From positions 35,307-99,306 of IMG/VR virus record IMGVR_UViG_2541046997_000001: 64,000 bases of DNA; one strand, 5' to 3'. A program made the position numbers and the translations under genes. Origin of the DNA: a virus. Lineage: Duplodnaviria > Heunggongvirae > Uroviricota > Caudoviricetes. The notes below the pieces were generated by a model. The model ran no database searches, was not told the origin of the DNA, and saw only the letters and a list, made by a program, of their open reading frames with translations. This document shows, one piece after another, positions 9,477 through 19,785 of this stretch. Numbering within the stretch: position 1 is the stretch's first letter; each line of letters starts with the position of its first letter.

Positions 9477-11228
9477 TTAACTCGCTCTCTTGATCTCAAC
9501 ATCCATATTAAATTGATTATCTAAAATATTTGAGATATTGTTTATGTCATTATAGAAAATTTCAAGTAACTCAATATTTTTTATTTCCGCATATTCACGC
9601 TTTCGCTTATCATGTTCTGTTTGAATTACAAATTGATCTTCTCCTCCGAAGTATTCCACAGGTTCTACATGCTGTTTCCCTTGTGCTTCTATTAAAAGAT
9701 TATATTCTGGAAGATAAAAGTCATAAGATAACAATCCGCCATTTACTCCGTATAGTCCATCAAAAGAATAATGTAATTTGTAACTTATTTTATGTTTATC
9801 TAAATACAGTTTTATATAGTATTCTAATTTAGAATTTGTGGTACAATTAGGACAATTACAAGATTTTAAAAGATCATGCGGCGTACGTTCAAAATTACGA
9901 TTGCAATTTGTACATAGAAATGTAGTGGAAGTAGACATGTCAACAAAGTCTCCAATTAATTTTATTGTTGAATTTTTTTTATCCAATCCGTCTATAAAAG
10001 AATTTAATTTAAGAATTCTATTCTTTTCTTGAGTACAATTTTTACATCCAATGGATGTATTAGAAATATAAGTCATTGTACTTTCGAATGTCCCTCCGCA
10101 TACATTACATTTAAAAGTTGCCGGAGTAGTAGCATTAATGTAATCTGATACAACACTTAAATTCATATTGTTTAATAATTCAGAATAATCACTTATGGAT
10201 TTGTATTTTGATTTGTCTCGTCTCTTTTGTGCACATATAGGACATCCGCGCCCACGTATTAAATTTTTGGATTTAGCCTTCCATTTATTACCACAAACAC
10301 CACATTCGCAGTCGAGCAAAGATTCAGAAGAAAAATAATTAGAAAAATCAATATTTATATTATTCCCAAATGACTTAACCTTTTCTACAACTTCTGTGTT
10401 AGAAAATCTTGCATTTGATTGACTTATAACTGAGGCACAATTTCTGTGCATACATCCTTGTATTAAACTTTCGTAAGAAGTTTCATATATAGCTCCGCAT
10501 AATAAACATTCGCATTTAATTCTTTTACATTCTTCGTCATATGATAATATCTTTGCATATTCAGATTTTTCTGAATGCAACCTATTAATTCGATTATTTA
10601 CAATATCAATCTTTCGCTTTGATTTAATTTTTCCGCCGCAATCTACACAGCCACAAGTTCTCCAAGCTCTTACGAGATCATATTTTGAAATGAATTCTTT
10701 TCCACATAATTGGCATCGAAATTTCGTTGGCGTTTTAGAATTTATATAATCTCCGACTATTTCCACTTTCAAATGTGATATTAAATCATTCACTTGTTCT
10801 TTTGTAAATTGATTATACTTAGGTGCTTCATTTCTACACAATTCACAAGTTACACCATTTAGTGCACTTTCAGGAGTTGTATTGAATAATACATTATGTT
10901 TTTTACATCTAAAAGTTACCTTCTTTTTCATGCTCTTATATCCATCTATGTATTCGATATCATCTCTTGTGCTGTATAAATCATTAAGAAAATCCTTTAA
11001 TGGTTTTATTCTTGCTTTCCGTACTCGTTCATTTCCACACATCGGACAACCGTACCCTCTCATCAAGGAATCAGATATTGGTTCCCATTCATAGTCACAA
11101 ACTTTGCATTTGCATTTTATCCTGTTTTTAATTCCACAATATTCTGATAATAATTCAATATTGTCAAAATTCTTATTTTTTAATTTCAATTCAGAAACAA
11201 ACTCTTCATGAGTTTTCTTTTTCGCCAT
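9477..11228 (-). CDS. Free-standing homing-type endonuclease with ~7 zinc-ribbon repeats and a C-terminal PD-(D/E)XK domain
   Basis: Repeated CxxC...GCPxC units; C-terminal SKLEYYIKLYL...SYDFYLPEYNLLIEAQGKQH. Confidence 0.8.
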   Translation of the reverse strand: MAKKKTHEEFVSELKLKNKNFDNIELLSEYCGIKNRIKCKCKVCDYEWEPISDSLMRGYGCPMCGNERVRKARIKPLKDFLNDLYSTRDDIEYIDGYKSMKKKVTFRCKKHNVLFNTTPESALNGVTCELCRNEAPKYNQFTKEQVNDLISHLKVEIVGDYINSKTPTKFRCQLCGKEFISKYDLVRAWRTCGCVDCGGKIKSKRKIDIVNNRINRLHSEKSEYAKILSYDEECKRIKCECLLCGAIYETSYESLIQGCMHRNCASVISQSNARFSNTEVVEKVKSFGNNINIDFSNYFSSESLLDCECGVCGNKWKAKSKNLIRGRGCPICAQKRRDKSKYKSISDYSELLNNMNLSVVSDYINATTPATFKCNVCGGTFESTMTYISNTSIGCKNCTQEKNRILKLNSFIDGLDKKNSTIKLIGDFVDMSTSTTFLCTNCNRNFERTPHDLLKSCNCPNCTTNSKLEYYIKLYLDKHKISYKLHYSFDGLYGVNGGLLSYDFYLPEYNLLIEAQGKQHVEPVEYFGGEDQFVIQTEHDKRKREYAEIKNIELLEIFYNDINNISNILDNQFNMDVEIKRAS

Positions 11229-11264
11229 AAATAACCTCCAATATTTTTACATAATAAAAGTGAT

Positions 11265-11438
11265 CTACTTATTAGCAGACCACTCATTTAACAAAGCGTT
11301 TAATTTTTCGTTTTTGATATAAACCCAAAATAGTTTTTTACTATTTGGATTTAACGCTGCCAGTTTATATCTCAATCCATTTTCGTAAAGAAAATTACGA
11401 AGCGGGAGAGAGTAACAGCAATATAATTCTACAGCCAT
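11265..11438 (-). CDS. Small DUF5659-like protein (missed by ORF track, 57 aa)
   Basis: Manual translation MAVELYCCYSLPLRNFLYENGLRYKLAALNPNSKKLFWVYIKNEKLNALLNEWSANK; RBS AAGGAG. Confidence 0.75.
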   Translation of the reverse strand: MAVELYCCYSLPLRNFLYENGLRYKLAALNPNSKKLFWVYIKNEKLNALLNEWSANK

Positions 11439-11458
11439 ATAACTAATTCTCCTTTTAA

Positions 11459-13057
11459 CTACTTATTGTCACTTGGACTAGGGATATTATTTCCACCATT
11501 ATCCCTACTTTTTATTGTATTTTCTGTTGGTGTTTCCGTTTTGGGTCTTCCGGCGACATCATCATTTTTAGAAATTGTATTACTATTAAGATGTGGCAAA
11601 TATTTTTCGTATATTTTATTATCTATTTCTTCATCCAAAACCGAGAAGTACGCATCGGGATCCACACCTGTACTAGCAATGAGGAAACTCAACGATCCTC
11701 CAACATCGTACAAACCTTTCATCATATCAAAAAAGCTTTTTCGATTTACGAATGAAGTAGGGAAGTAGTAAACCTCGACCCGGTTTTTCTCATTTTGAAT
11801 AATGTTTTTATTGATTACATAATTCAATTCATTTTGCCATTCATTTACCCATACATATAGTTGTGCCGTTATCATCTCTAGGTTGCTTTGTGACGCTCCA
11901 TAGTTCCCTGTAGTCATAGCACCAATAAGAGCAGATGAAATACCCAAGTCAAGAGAAATCTGATCATTTAAATCAGATTCATTTTTGCTATCGAAAATAT
12001 CCGTAGATACATCTATAGAATCAAGTTTCGTGCCGGCGGCAACACTGAAAAATGAAATTCCACCACGAGAATTTTTATTCATAACTGCTTGTCTGACCGT
12101 TGCATGTTGCTGCTCCTGTTGTTTTCCAGTAAGAGAACTTGAACCTTTATCTTTTCCCTCTGGAAATGTCTGGTAAATAATTTTATTGTTGATTTCGTCT
12201 AATACATTTCTTTTTGTGTCAGTAAAATAATCTTTATATAGTACATCTGCAAGTGCAGCAATAATTAAACTTCGACCCCAAGGTTCAGAATCTTTGCATT
12301 TGATTTTTCGACACATTGTATGATCGTTGTCAAGAATAACCCAGTCTCCTCCGGTAGTCCGAGTATTACGACTATTGTATGCTTTTACAATTTCTTCAGG
12401 ATATTTTCTTAATTTTCTTTCCAGCTTGTCTCCGGTATAGTCGTCAAAATATCTTAGATTAAATGCAAGTACATATCGACCATTCTTCTTTCCAACAATT
12501 TTAGTATATTTCCACGGTAAGGAAATAATGGAAGCATTAATTCCGACCTCATTGATTTCCACAATATTTTCTACATCATAATCAGTCATAAATTTGGTCT
12601 TATCGTAGTTCTTCTTTTTCGTTTCAAAATAGAAAAAAGCGATTCCATCTAACATATCTGTAAACAATGCATTTCTGATAAATTGTCTGTCATCAATTTT
12701 TTCTAGGACAGATTTCATTAATGCTTTATTTGCCTGAACTGTCTTTGTGTTTCGTTTATTTTTACTTATTAAAATACGATCAAGACATGGTAGAGCAGTC
12801 ATATAATCGACTGAGTTGGATACGATACCGTTTTTGGTATATACAAAATTTGATAATCGAATTGCAGCATCGTGATTCCCGATAGGATCACGTAAAATAG
12901 AATCTATTTCTTCTTTAGAAAAGTAATCGTAAATACCACACGAGAATAAGCTACTTATATCCATCGGTGATACAAAACTATTAAATTCATATATATTAGC
13001 AGCAGGAGAGGACTCGTTTTGAATCTCTACCGATTGCTCTTTATTAACTTCTGGCAT
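11459..13057 (-). CDS. Portal protein
   Basis: 532 aa immediately after terminase large subunit. Confidence 0.8.
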   Translation of the reverse strand: MPEVNKEQSVEIQNESSPAANIYEFNSFVSPMDISSLFSCGIYDYFSKEEIDSILRDPIGNHDAAIRLSNFVYTKNGIVSNSVDYMTALPCLDRILISKNKRNTKTVQANKALMKSVLEKIDDRQFIRNALFTDMLDGIAFFYFETKKKNYDKTKFMTDYDVENIVEINEVGINASIISLPWKYTKIVGKKNGRYVLAFNLRYFDDYTGDKLERKLRKYPEEIVKAYNSRNTRTTGGDWVILDNDHTMCRKIKCKDSEPWGRSLIIAALADVLYKDYFTDTKRNVLDEINNKIIYQTFPEGKDKGSSSLTGKQQEQQHATVRQAVMNKNSRGGISFFSVAAGTKLDSIDVSTDIFDSKNESDLNDQISLDLGISSALIGAMTTGNYGASQSNLEMITAQLYVWVNEWQNELNYVINKNIIQNEKNRVEVYYFPTSFVNRKSFFDMMKGLYDVGGSLSFLIASTGVDPDAYFSVLDEEIDNKIYEKYLPHLNSNTISKNDDVAGRPKTETPTENTIKSRDNGGNNIPSPSDNK

Positions 13058-13073
13058 GTCCTCCTCCTTTCTG

Positions 13074-14696
13074 TTAATTTATAAGACATGTAAATTCATA
13101 GTCGGAAACCGCGTATATATCTCGACAAAACTCGTTTATATACCATAATACATATATGGTTGCAGACACACGGTCTTTGTCTAATTTGTTTACAACTTTT
13201 TCGATTGTTACTCCACCATTTGATAAATGTTTTAATTTAAGATTTGCGATCTCTTCAAATAAGCAATCAGTTTGAAGATAGGGGGCTACACAGTTATCAA
13301 AATCATCATATTCTTTCTCAGTAAAATCAGATTGTTGCCTACTTTCCAACATTCTAAATTTCCCACTATCTACAACATCAATAAAATTTGTAACGATTTT
13401 ACTTTGAACTGATTGAGCCTTCAGATTATATAAAATCTTCTCAGCAATTTCTGGAACTTCTGGAGTGTTATCATCATTAATTGTATCCCAACATCCAAGA
13501 GATTCTTTGGTGATTGGATCAAAACTTTCTTTAAGTAATTCGTCTATTAGCCCCGCACCAAGTCCGTTGCCATCAACGATTACGTTTTTCGCATTGTAAA
13601 GTTTTTTGTATTTTTTTATGACACATGCTTGTGCTGTGAAATTCATAATATTGGGGATATTAACAAGATTGACAAGATCCATTGATACAATTTTTGTCTT
13701 GTCTTTTGTTCTATTGACTTTTATTACAGATATGAATGATTGATTATTACTTGTATTTTGACTTCTTGCGACATCCACACCAATATAAAATTCATCTTCT
13801 TTGTTTTTCGATGAAAGAATTGGGGATGTTAAAGATCTGCAATTCATAAGTTTATTAACATTTACTAAAGCACCAGACGCTGCTCCGACCCATTTTGATT
13901 CATAGTTTTGTGCGAAAGAAATCATTGTCATGTCTCGTTTCTTCTGAAAAATCTGACTTTTTGTTGAACCACGTCCATACCAGCAAGGCAGCCAAAAACT
14001 TGAACCCAGAACAATTTTACCGTTAAGATTCACCATATCTTTTACCATATCAACAGATCTTTGATATTCATCAGAGCCTTTAAACCCGGCAGTAGTGAAA
14101 AAGTTGATTTGCTGATTCAATTCTTCTGGATCAACTATTGAATATTTTCCAACACAAACTCTAGGAACTTCTACAATCGGTAACAAAGCATCCAAAAAAG
14201 TATCATTGTCAATTAATGCAGATTCTTCCATGTTAATTCTTTTTCTACGTTGTCCCTTCGATGTTTGTGCGTTTGCTAAATTATCCAGTCTTGATCCATT
14301 TTTAAATACAACAAGAGCATCACCTTTAGCAAAATTAGCCTTGTCTATCTCATTTTTAAGCAATGGATAAAACCTAAGTATTTCATTATATTTATCTTTT
14401 AAAAGGTCTGCTGCGTTTTCTTTTGTTTGAGCAGATAAAGAAATAGAAATTTCTGGGAAAAATATACAAGCCAGCATTGACGCAAGCACTTCGTCAAATG
14501 TTTTTCCATAACCTCGTGGGAATACTCCATAAAAAGATGTGAATCTTAACATTACTCTTAGATAAATACGCTGATCTAAATGTAAATTTAATCCACCTTT
14601 GGGCGGCTTTATTAAATCTAAGAATGAATCAGGGAACCATCTTGAATAACTACAAAAATATTCCCAATTATCGATATTAAATCCGTAATCATCCAT
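13074..14696 (-). CDS. Terminase large subunit
   Basis: Walker A-like FPRGYGKT, INMEES Walker B, nuclease YIGVDVAR and KDRVSA motifs. Confidence 0.92.
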   Translation of the reverse strand: MDDYGFNIDNWEYFCSYSRWFPDSFLDLIKPPKGGLNLHLDQRIYLRVMLRFTSFYGVFPRGYGKTFDEVLASMLACIFFPEISISLSAQTKENAADLLKDKYNEILRFYPLLKNEIDKANFAKGDALVVFKNGSRLDNLANAQTSKGQRRKRINMEESALIDNDTFLDALLPIVEVPRVCVGKYSIVDPEELNQQINFFTTAGFKGSDEYQRSVDMVKDMVNLNGKIVLGSSFWLPCWYGRGSTKSQIFQKKRDMTMISFAQNYESKWVGAASGALVNVNKLMNCRSLTSPILSSKNKEDEFYIGVDVARSQNTSNNQSFISVIKVNRTKDKTKIVSMDLVNLVNIPNIMNFTAQACVIKKYKKLYNAKNVIVDGNGLGAGLIDELLKESFDPITKESLGCWDTINDDNTPEVPEIAEKILYNLKAQSVQSKIVTNFIDVVDSGKFRMLESRQQSDFTEKEYDDFDNCVAPYLQTDCLFEEIANLKLKHLSNGGVTIEKVVNKLDKDRVSATIYVLWYINEFCRDIYAVSDYEFTCLIN

Positions 14697-15800
14697 TTAA
14701 TCACCGTCCTTAAAATCTGCAGGTATAGTGATAAATTTTTCAATAGTTTCTCTATTTAATTCAGTTGTATCGTCAGAAAAAATACCATACGGATCTCCAT
14801 ACATTTCAATATATTCTTTTTTCTTTCTGTCATAGAATTCGTAAATATCTTTATATTCAACTTCTGGCATGTTGTTTAAATTTCTTTCATAGTTCACATA
14901 ACACCATATAATGAAATCGGCAGCATCTTTGGGTTGATATTTAAATTCTGGGAATATAGAAATCCTTTCTTTCGCTCCTTCGACGGCAGAAAATATATCA
15001 CTAAAATTTACGATTCCACCTTGTAAATCTTCCTTGGACAACTGTCTTGGTGTCAATTTTGCTTTTTCAGCAGCGTCCTGTGCAGCAGAATACCATTTCT
15101 GTGCTTCTTGCACATCTCCCCTGGATGTAGCCATTTCTTCTTTTACTTTAAAACGCACATATGTAAGTAAGGCTTCTTTATGAAGATTTGTCTGTATGAC
15201 ATATGTTTTCGTCATGTCATCGTATTTTTTGCACATCTTTTTGTATTCTATTCTTGTAAAGCCTTCTCCAAACATTTCAATCATGTCTGGTGTTACTTCA
15301 AAATCATCAGATTCAGAAATAATTATTTCATCATTTTTTTTACTTTGTAAATCTTTTTTGTATTTACTACGTTCAGTTTTCTGAATGACGGTACTGTGTT
15401 TTTGTATAAAATTTTCTTTTTCAGATTCTTCATAACTTTTTGAAGAAACCTGTCTTAAAGAAGCAATATTCTTCATATATAAACGTATTATGGAATCTCC
15501 GCAATGATGTACTTCTTCTTCGGACATAAAAGAATGTTCCTTTTTAAATTGATTAAAAGCACTTTGTAATAAGTCTTTATAAAATGGTTTATCAATTTGT
15601 CTAAGAATATTTTTGATTTTTTCTTCGCTGATTTCGTTAGTATTTTCATCTATACTCGATTTAATAATGCAATCTTTACAAATCGGGGTTTTTTTATCAA
15701 GAGCATGTAATGGCGATTTGCTCATATAAAAATCAGATAATGGCTTTTCTTTCCCACAGCAAGAACAATGTTTTTTCTTTATTTCTTTTTTTGTAGCTAT
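14697..15800 (-). CDS. Zinc-finger protein, probable terminase small subunit; probable ATA start
   Basis: Frame extends upstream of the ORF-track start to ATA at 15800, adding CSCCGKEKPLSDFY to pair with PICKDC; RBS GGAGGTG 5 nt upstream. Confidence 0.65.
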   Translation of the reverse strand: MATKKEIKKKHCSCCGKEKPLSDFYMSKSPLHALDKKTPICKDCIIKSSIDENTNEISEEKIKNILRQIDKPFYKDLLQSAFNQFKKEHSFMSEEEVHHCGDSIIRLYMKNIASLRQVSSKSYEESEKENFIQKHSTVIQKTERSKYKKDLQSKKNDEIIISESDDFEVTPDMIEMFGEGFTRIEYKKMCKKYDDMTKTYVIQTNLHKEALLTYVRFKVKEEMATSRGDVQEAQKWYSAAQDAAEKAKLTPRQLSKEDLQGGIVNFSDIFSAVEGAKERISIFPEFKYQPKDAADFIIWCYVNYERNLNNMPEVEYKDIYEFYDRKKKEYIEMYGDPYGIFSDDTTELNRETIEKFITIPADFKDGD

Positions 15801-15847
15801 AATTACACCTCCATTAACTTAACCAAAGCATTACTTTTATCTTTTAA

Positions 15848-15918
15848 AGCTCAGACCCAGATTTGAACTGGGAGCAACTGATTACAAGTCAGTCATTTTA
15901 CCATTGAACTATCTGAGC
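15848..15918 (-). tRNA. tRNA-Thr(UGU)
   Basis: GCTCAGA...TCTGAGC acceptor; ACTGA-CTTGTAA-TCAGT anticodon arm; CCCAG-TTCAAAT-CTGGG T arm. Confidence 0.93.
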
Positions 15919-15962
15919 ATAATGAAAGGGCAGTAGTAGTACCGCCCTAATGTAAACTAGTA

Positions 15963-16109
15963 TTATTTCGTCAATTCTTCCATTCCAGAATCGATTAAAA
16001 TCTGTTTAACTTGTTCTTTTAAGAGTCTAGGAACTCTTTTGTACATTGCTTTTGCAGCTTCCACCGTTTCCTGACTCATAATCTGCTGTGCCCATAACAT
16101 TGCCATCAT
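15963..16109 (-). CDS. Small CD1375/XkdX-like protein
   Basis: MMAMLWAQQIM...VPRLLKEQVKQIL; RBS AAAGGA. Confidence 0.65.
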   Translation of the reverse strand: MMAMLWAQQIMSQETVEAAKAMYKRVPRLLKEQVKQILIDSGMEELTK

Positions 16110-16162
16110 AATATTGTCCTTTCTGTTTAAAAATAAAATTAAGTTTGTTAACATTTTCACAA

Positions 16163-16537
16163 TCATACGTATACTAACTCCGACATTTCTAATACGCATC
16201 CTGTTAGCGTTTCGATGTCCCTTGTATGACCATCTACTACATCTGCCAAACTTGGAGTTGGTTGAAAATCAGGTATTACCACGTAAGTTTGTGTTCTTTT
16301 AATATGCCTTGGAATTGTTTCTCCTTCTGGGGTTTGCTGCTCATCCACGATTGCGTAATTGTCTGTGATTTCAAATCCTTCTTTATACGGCAAATCCGCA
16401 TCCATTATAATAGGTAGATAACCAGCTTGGATGTAATCGCTTTCAAATGGAGAGACAATCACTTTTCCGTTTGTTGTCAAAACATTCGGAGCATATATTA
16501 GAGTAGTATCAACTAGCTTTCCGTATTTTGTATTCAA
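16163..16537 (-). CDS. Putative fibre-associated chaperone (XkdW-like position)
   Basis: TTG start after GGAGGTG; lies between a fibre-like gene and the XkdX-like gene. Confidence 0.5.
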   Translation of the reverse strand: MNTKYGKLVDTTLIYAPNVLTTNGKVIVSPFESDYIQAGYLPIIMDADLPYKEGFEITDNYAIVDEQQTPEGETIPRHIKRTQTYVVIPDFQPTPSLADVVDGHTRDIETLTGCVLEMSELVYV

Positions 16538-16550
16538 GTCATACACCTCC

Positions 16551-18239
16551 CTAATTCGATTTCATTTTATAAGTTGCTTCAATACCTGCTGGAACTTCTC
16601 CGCTATCTACAAACGCATGTGTCGTGACGTTTTCGCTGTGCAGGGCTTGTAATTGCTGTTGTACAGATTCTGGGAGAGGTTCTGTAATAGGTTCGTTAAG
16701 TTCTGCGATGCAATGTAGCGGATGATTTTCAAGATATTTGATTACTGCCACCTTATTTTCTTCTGGTGTTGTATCGCTTCCCAGACCCAATCTTTCACGG
16801 CTCAAACGGAAGTCAATTCCTTGTTCCGTCATAGAAACTGATTCTTCTTCTTTTGCCCAATTATTAATATTCTTTAATTCTTCACAAAGTACCGCTCCTG
16901 TTTTCTTTAAACTGGTATCTTTGTACCGATAGATAACCGTATTTGTTTCAGGTGATCCGTATTGCCCAAGTGTATATGTAATAGGTGTATCTTTCATTAT
17001 TTCAACTTCTTTGAAACGTCTTGTAATTCCGCTTGAATTTAGTGCTTCTTGCACGTTTTTGCCATCAGTTATTCTCCTGATACCCCTTAAAGGCTCGTCT
17101 AGGGCGATTTGTACAGATTGCTCGGTGTAAGGTTCATATTCCGTCGGTATATTTCCAATTTCCACCTGTAGCAACTCTGATTCTGTACACTCATGCAGAG
17201 TGGTCGTGCCATCTGTCCACACTCCCGCAACAAAACACAACAAGACTCCATTACCAATTGCTGTATAGGTTAAATTGTCTTTACTTTTTAATGTGTTACC
17301 TACTTTTTTCTCGATATTTATTGTGCTGTTCAGATCTGTGTATTCTGTAATTCCTGTACATAAATTTTCGTTTGGGTTCGTTACGGAAAAAGTATACGTC
17401 ACCCCTTTTTTACACGGCACAACATAACCCACACCTTGCGTTTCTGATTTCGGTCTAAATGGTAACGTTGCTTCTTCTAGGTTATTCGTACACCCGATTG
17501 CTCTTGAATAGCTACAATAGTAAAGTTTTCCAAATGCAAAATTCTTCCCAGTCACTTTCACATCAATTTCATACTTTTGAGTTCCCTCATTCCACTTTCC
17601 TGCACTTTTAATCTCTTGCGGATTATCGGGACTTGGCTCAGTAACAGGTTTTCCGCCAGTAAAAGGTTCCCATTTTCCGGCACTATTCTGATATAACATT
17701 GGTTTGATTGTACCTGGCTTAATTTCTGAATTGCTAGGCATATAAAAGGATAACATTAGTTTGGAATTTGGATCGTCAAGAAATTCTTGTTTTATTTCTA
17801 CGCTGTCAACTGGATTATATCTGTTTGAGAGACCAACATAGATACCGTCTGCTTTACGAAGAGATACATCTACTCTGGGGTTTGAAACACTTGAAGTCTT
17901 TATAGTTATAGATCCAGCCTTCAACAATTCTATTGTTTCTTCATGAGTATACACATAATCGATATACAATTCTGAATTCGAATTTCCAGTTCCACTAATT
18001 GTAAAGCTTCCATCGCCGTTATTGGTCAGAGTCGCTCCACCTGCACTAGTGGTCGAAAACTTTGAAGCATCAAACAATTGTGTTCCCGCGTAAGTTTTAT
18101 GTCTGCTGTTACCTAATATTTCGACGTTGCGAAAATTTGACTTCATACTTTTGGATAAAGAGATATTTCCAGTACCATTCACCGTATTCCAATCATAACC
18201 AAGCATAAAAGATCTTCGTTTGACAAGTCCTAAACTCAT
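16551..18239 (-). CDS. Fibre/receptor-binding-like minor virion protein
   Basis: 562 aa; GTQLFD/GKNFA repeat starts and TEYEPYTEQS motifs typical of siphovirus fibre proteins. Confidence 0.55.
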   Translation of the reverse strand: MSLGLVKRRSFMLGYDWNTVNGTGNISLSKSMKSNFRNVEILGNSRHKTYAGTQLFDASKFSTTSAGGATLTNNGDGSFTISGTGNSNSELYIDYVYTHEETIELLKAGSITIKTSSVSNPRVDVSLRKADGIYVGLSNRYNPVDSVEIKQEFLDDPNSKLMLSFYMPSNSEIKPGTIKPMLYQNSAGKWEPFTGGKPVTEPSPDNPQEIKSAGKWNEGTQKYEIDVKVTGKNFAFGKLYYCSYSRAIGCTNNLEEATLPFRPKSETQGVGYVVPCKKGVTYTFSVTNPNENLCTGITEYTDLNSTINIEKKVGNTLKSKDNLTYTAIGNGVLLCFVAGVWTDGTTTLHECTESELLQVEIGNIPTEYEPYTEQSVQIALDEPLRGIRRITDGKNVQEALNSSGITRRFKEVEIMKDTPITYTLGQYGSPETNTVIYRYKDTSLKKTGAVLCEELKNINNWAKEEESVSMTEQGIDFRLSRERLGLGSDTTPEENKVAVIKYLENHPLHCIAELNEPITEPLPESVQQQLQALHSENVTTHAFVDSGEVPAGIEATYKMKSN

Positions 18240-19189
18240 GCTGTCACCTCAATCTCTCTATAAAACAGCACATTCTGTTCGATTTGACACATGTATTTCA
18301 TATTCGGTTTTGTAACAAATCCGTCTAGTATGATATTAGATGGGAGAGTAACTCTCGTAGCTGTTGCCCCGCTTGTAAACCAGAACGGATAAATATTTAC
18401 CACTCCTGGTTTTGGTGCACCAAGTGTAAGATTAAGTTCTACGACCTCTCCCCATATAGCCTGAACATTTGGTTTAAGTTCATATGTAGCAGCTATAACA
18501 TTTTCTTCTGGAATTTCATCCATTGTGCTTAATCCAGAATTCGGATATGTAGGAACGAATAATTTTCCTGTTGCTGCATCAATTGCAACCTCAACAGTCT
18601 CGTTTGTTTTTGCTTTTGCTTTCACACCACCAAGAACTTGATCTGTTGCTTGTGGAAGAGTATAAGAACTTCCGCTTGGAATATTAATCGTCTTTTCGAC
18701 AGACCCATCGTATTCATCTGTAACAGCACCAGTAAATTTAATTTTTTTAGGATTTGGAAGAGAAGTAGTAGTCTTTGGTAAAGCACCAACCTCATCAGCT
18801 GTATAAGTTGGTTTCTTTGACTCTTTCGCCCAAGCAGGAACAGTAGGATCCGTTTCTGTTGTAAGATAATTACCTTTTGGTTGAATACCTAAATCATCTA
18901 GTGTTTTATTTCCGTCCAATTCAACACCGCTAATCTGAGGCTTGTTTGTGAGCGCAGAATAATCAAGAGAAATATTTCCTCCGGAGCCTCCTGATGTTGG
19001 TTGCTCAATCCATTCTCTGTTTGCTTCATTATATTTAAAAATTGTTCCGGTATCGATTTCTTCAAATGTACTTCCATTTGTAATTACAACGCCATCGATC
19101 GTGCCGGTTGGTTTATTCTCAGATGATAGACCTGTGATTTCCAAAATTGCACGGTTCATATAATTTCCAATTTTCTGTAATGTTACCAT
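18236..19189 (-). CDS. Fibre-like virion protein
   Basis: DYSALTNKPQISGVELDGNKTLDDLGIQPKGNYLTTETDPTVPAWAK and YTLPQATDQVLGGVK motifs. Confidence 0.65.
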   Translation of the reverse strand: MVTLQKIGNYMNRAILEITGLSSENKPTGTIDGVVITNGSTFEEIDTGTIFKYNEANREWIEQPTSGGSGGNISLDYSALTNKPQISGVELDGNKTLDDLGIQPKGNYLTTETDPTVPAWAKESKKPTYTADEVGALPKTTTSLPNPKKIKFTGAVTDEYDGSVEKTINIPSGSSYTLPQATDQVLGGVKAKAKTNETVEVAIDAATGKLFVPTYPNSGLSTMDEIPEENVIAATYELKPNVQAIWGEVVELNLTLGAPKPGVVNIYPFWFTSGATATRVTLPSNIILDGFVTKPNMKYMCQIEQNVLFYREIEVTA

Positions 19190-19263
19190 ACATTTTCCTC
19201 ACTTTCTTTTTATTATTATGCCGATATGAAACCGGCATTTCTAACGAAAGCCGGATTTTACAA

Positions 19264-19310
19264 TGACTCCAATGGGAATTGAACCCATATTATCTCCTGA
19301 CCAAGGATCC
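19264..19310 (-). pseudogene. Internally deleted tRNA remnant (Glu-like)
   Basis: GGATCCT-TG-GTCA fused to GGAGA-TAAT-ATGGG-TTCAATT-CCCAT-TGGAGTC-A; intact T arm, D loop and anticodon missing. Confidence 0.6.
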
Positions 19311-19344
19311 GGATACAAAAATAGGAGAGCGGCACCGCTCTCCA

Positions 19345-19695
19345 TTAATCACGTAAATCAATCTCTGTTAATTCCACGTAGTCATCTTCATGTGTGATTC
19401 GTAGATAATCACTTCCTTGAATTAGTTTCCCATCATGTTTTTTTACAATGTCTCTCATATAGTCAAATGGATGAATATGTGGAATTACCTTTTTATAATC
19501 TAAAAAACTGATTTCAAAATTATCATCCATATGAATATATACGCATCTTGTTGTAGATGTTGCAGAATATTTTTGCTGGAATTTTTCTATATCACAGAGA
19601 AAATTAGTATTCCTTTCATCTACAATTTTTGATTCCAAATCGCTAACATCGATTGCAATCATTTTTACATATCCTGTTTTAACTAGTCTTTCCAT
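19345..19695 (-). CDS. Hypothetical protein
   Basis: ORF track; RBS GGAGGT. Confidence 0.7.
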   Translation of the reverse strand: MERLVKTGYVKMIAIDVSDLESKIVDERNTNFLCDIEKFQQKYSATSTTRCVYIHMDDNFEISFLDYKKVIPHIHPFDYMRDIVKKHDGKLIQGSDYLRITHEDDYVELTEIDLRD

Positions 19696-19785
19696 AGCTA
19701 TGTATACCTCCGGTGTTGTGATCTTCAGAAACAGTATAACATAGAATGAAAGAGTGGTATGCTGGTAAATAATGGTAAATTGGAG

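Noticed and set aside
736-14000. Plus-strand ORFs antisense to structural genes (e.g. 736, 6740, 6976, 7490, 8730, 11466)
   Set aside because: Ser/Phe/Ile-rich antisense shadows without an RBS.
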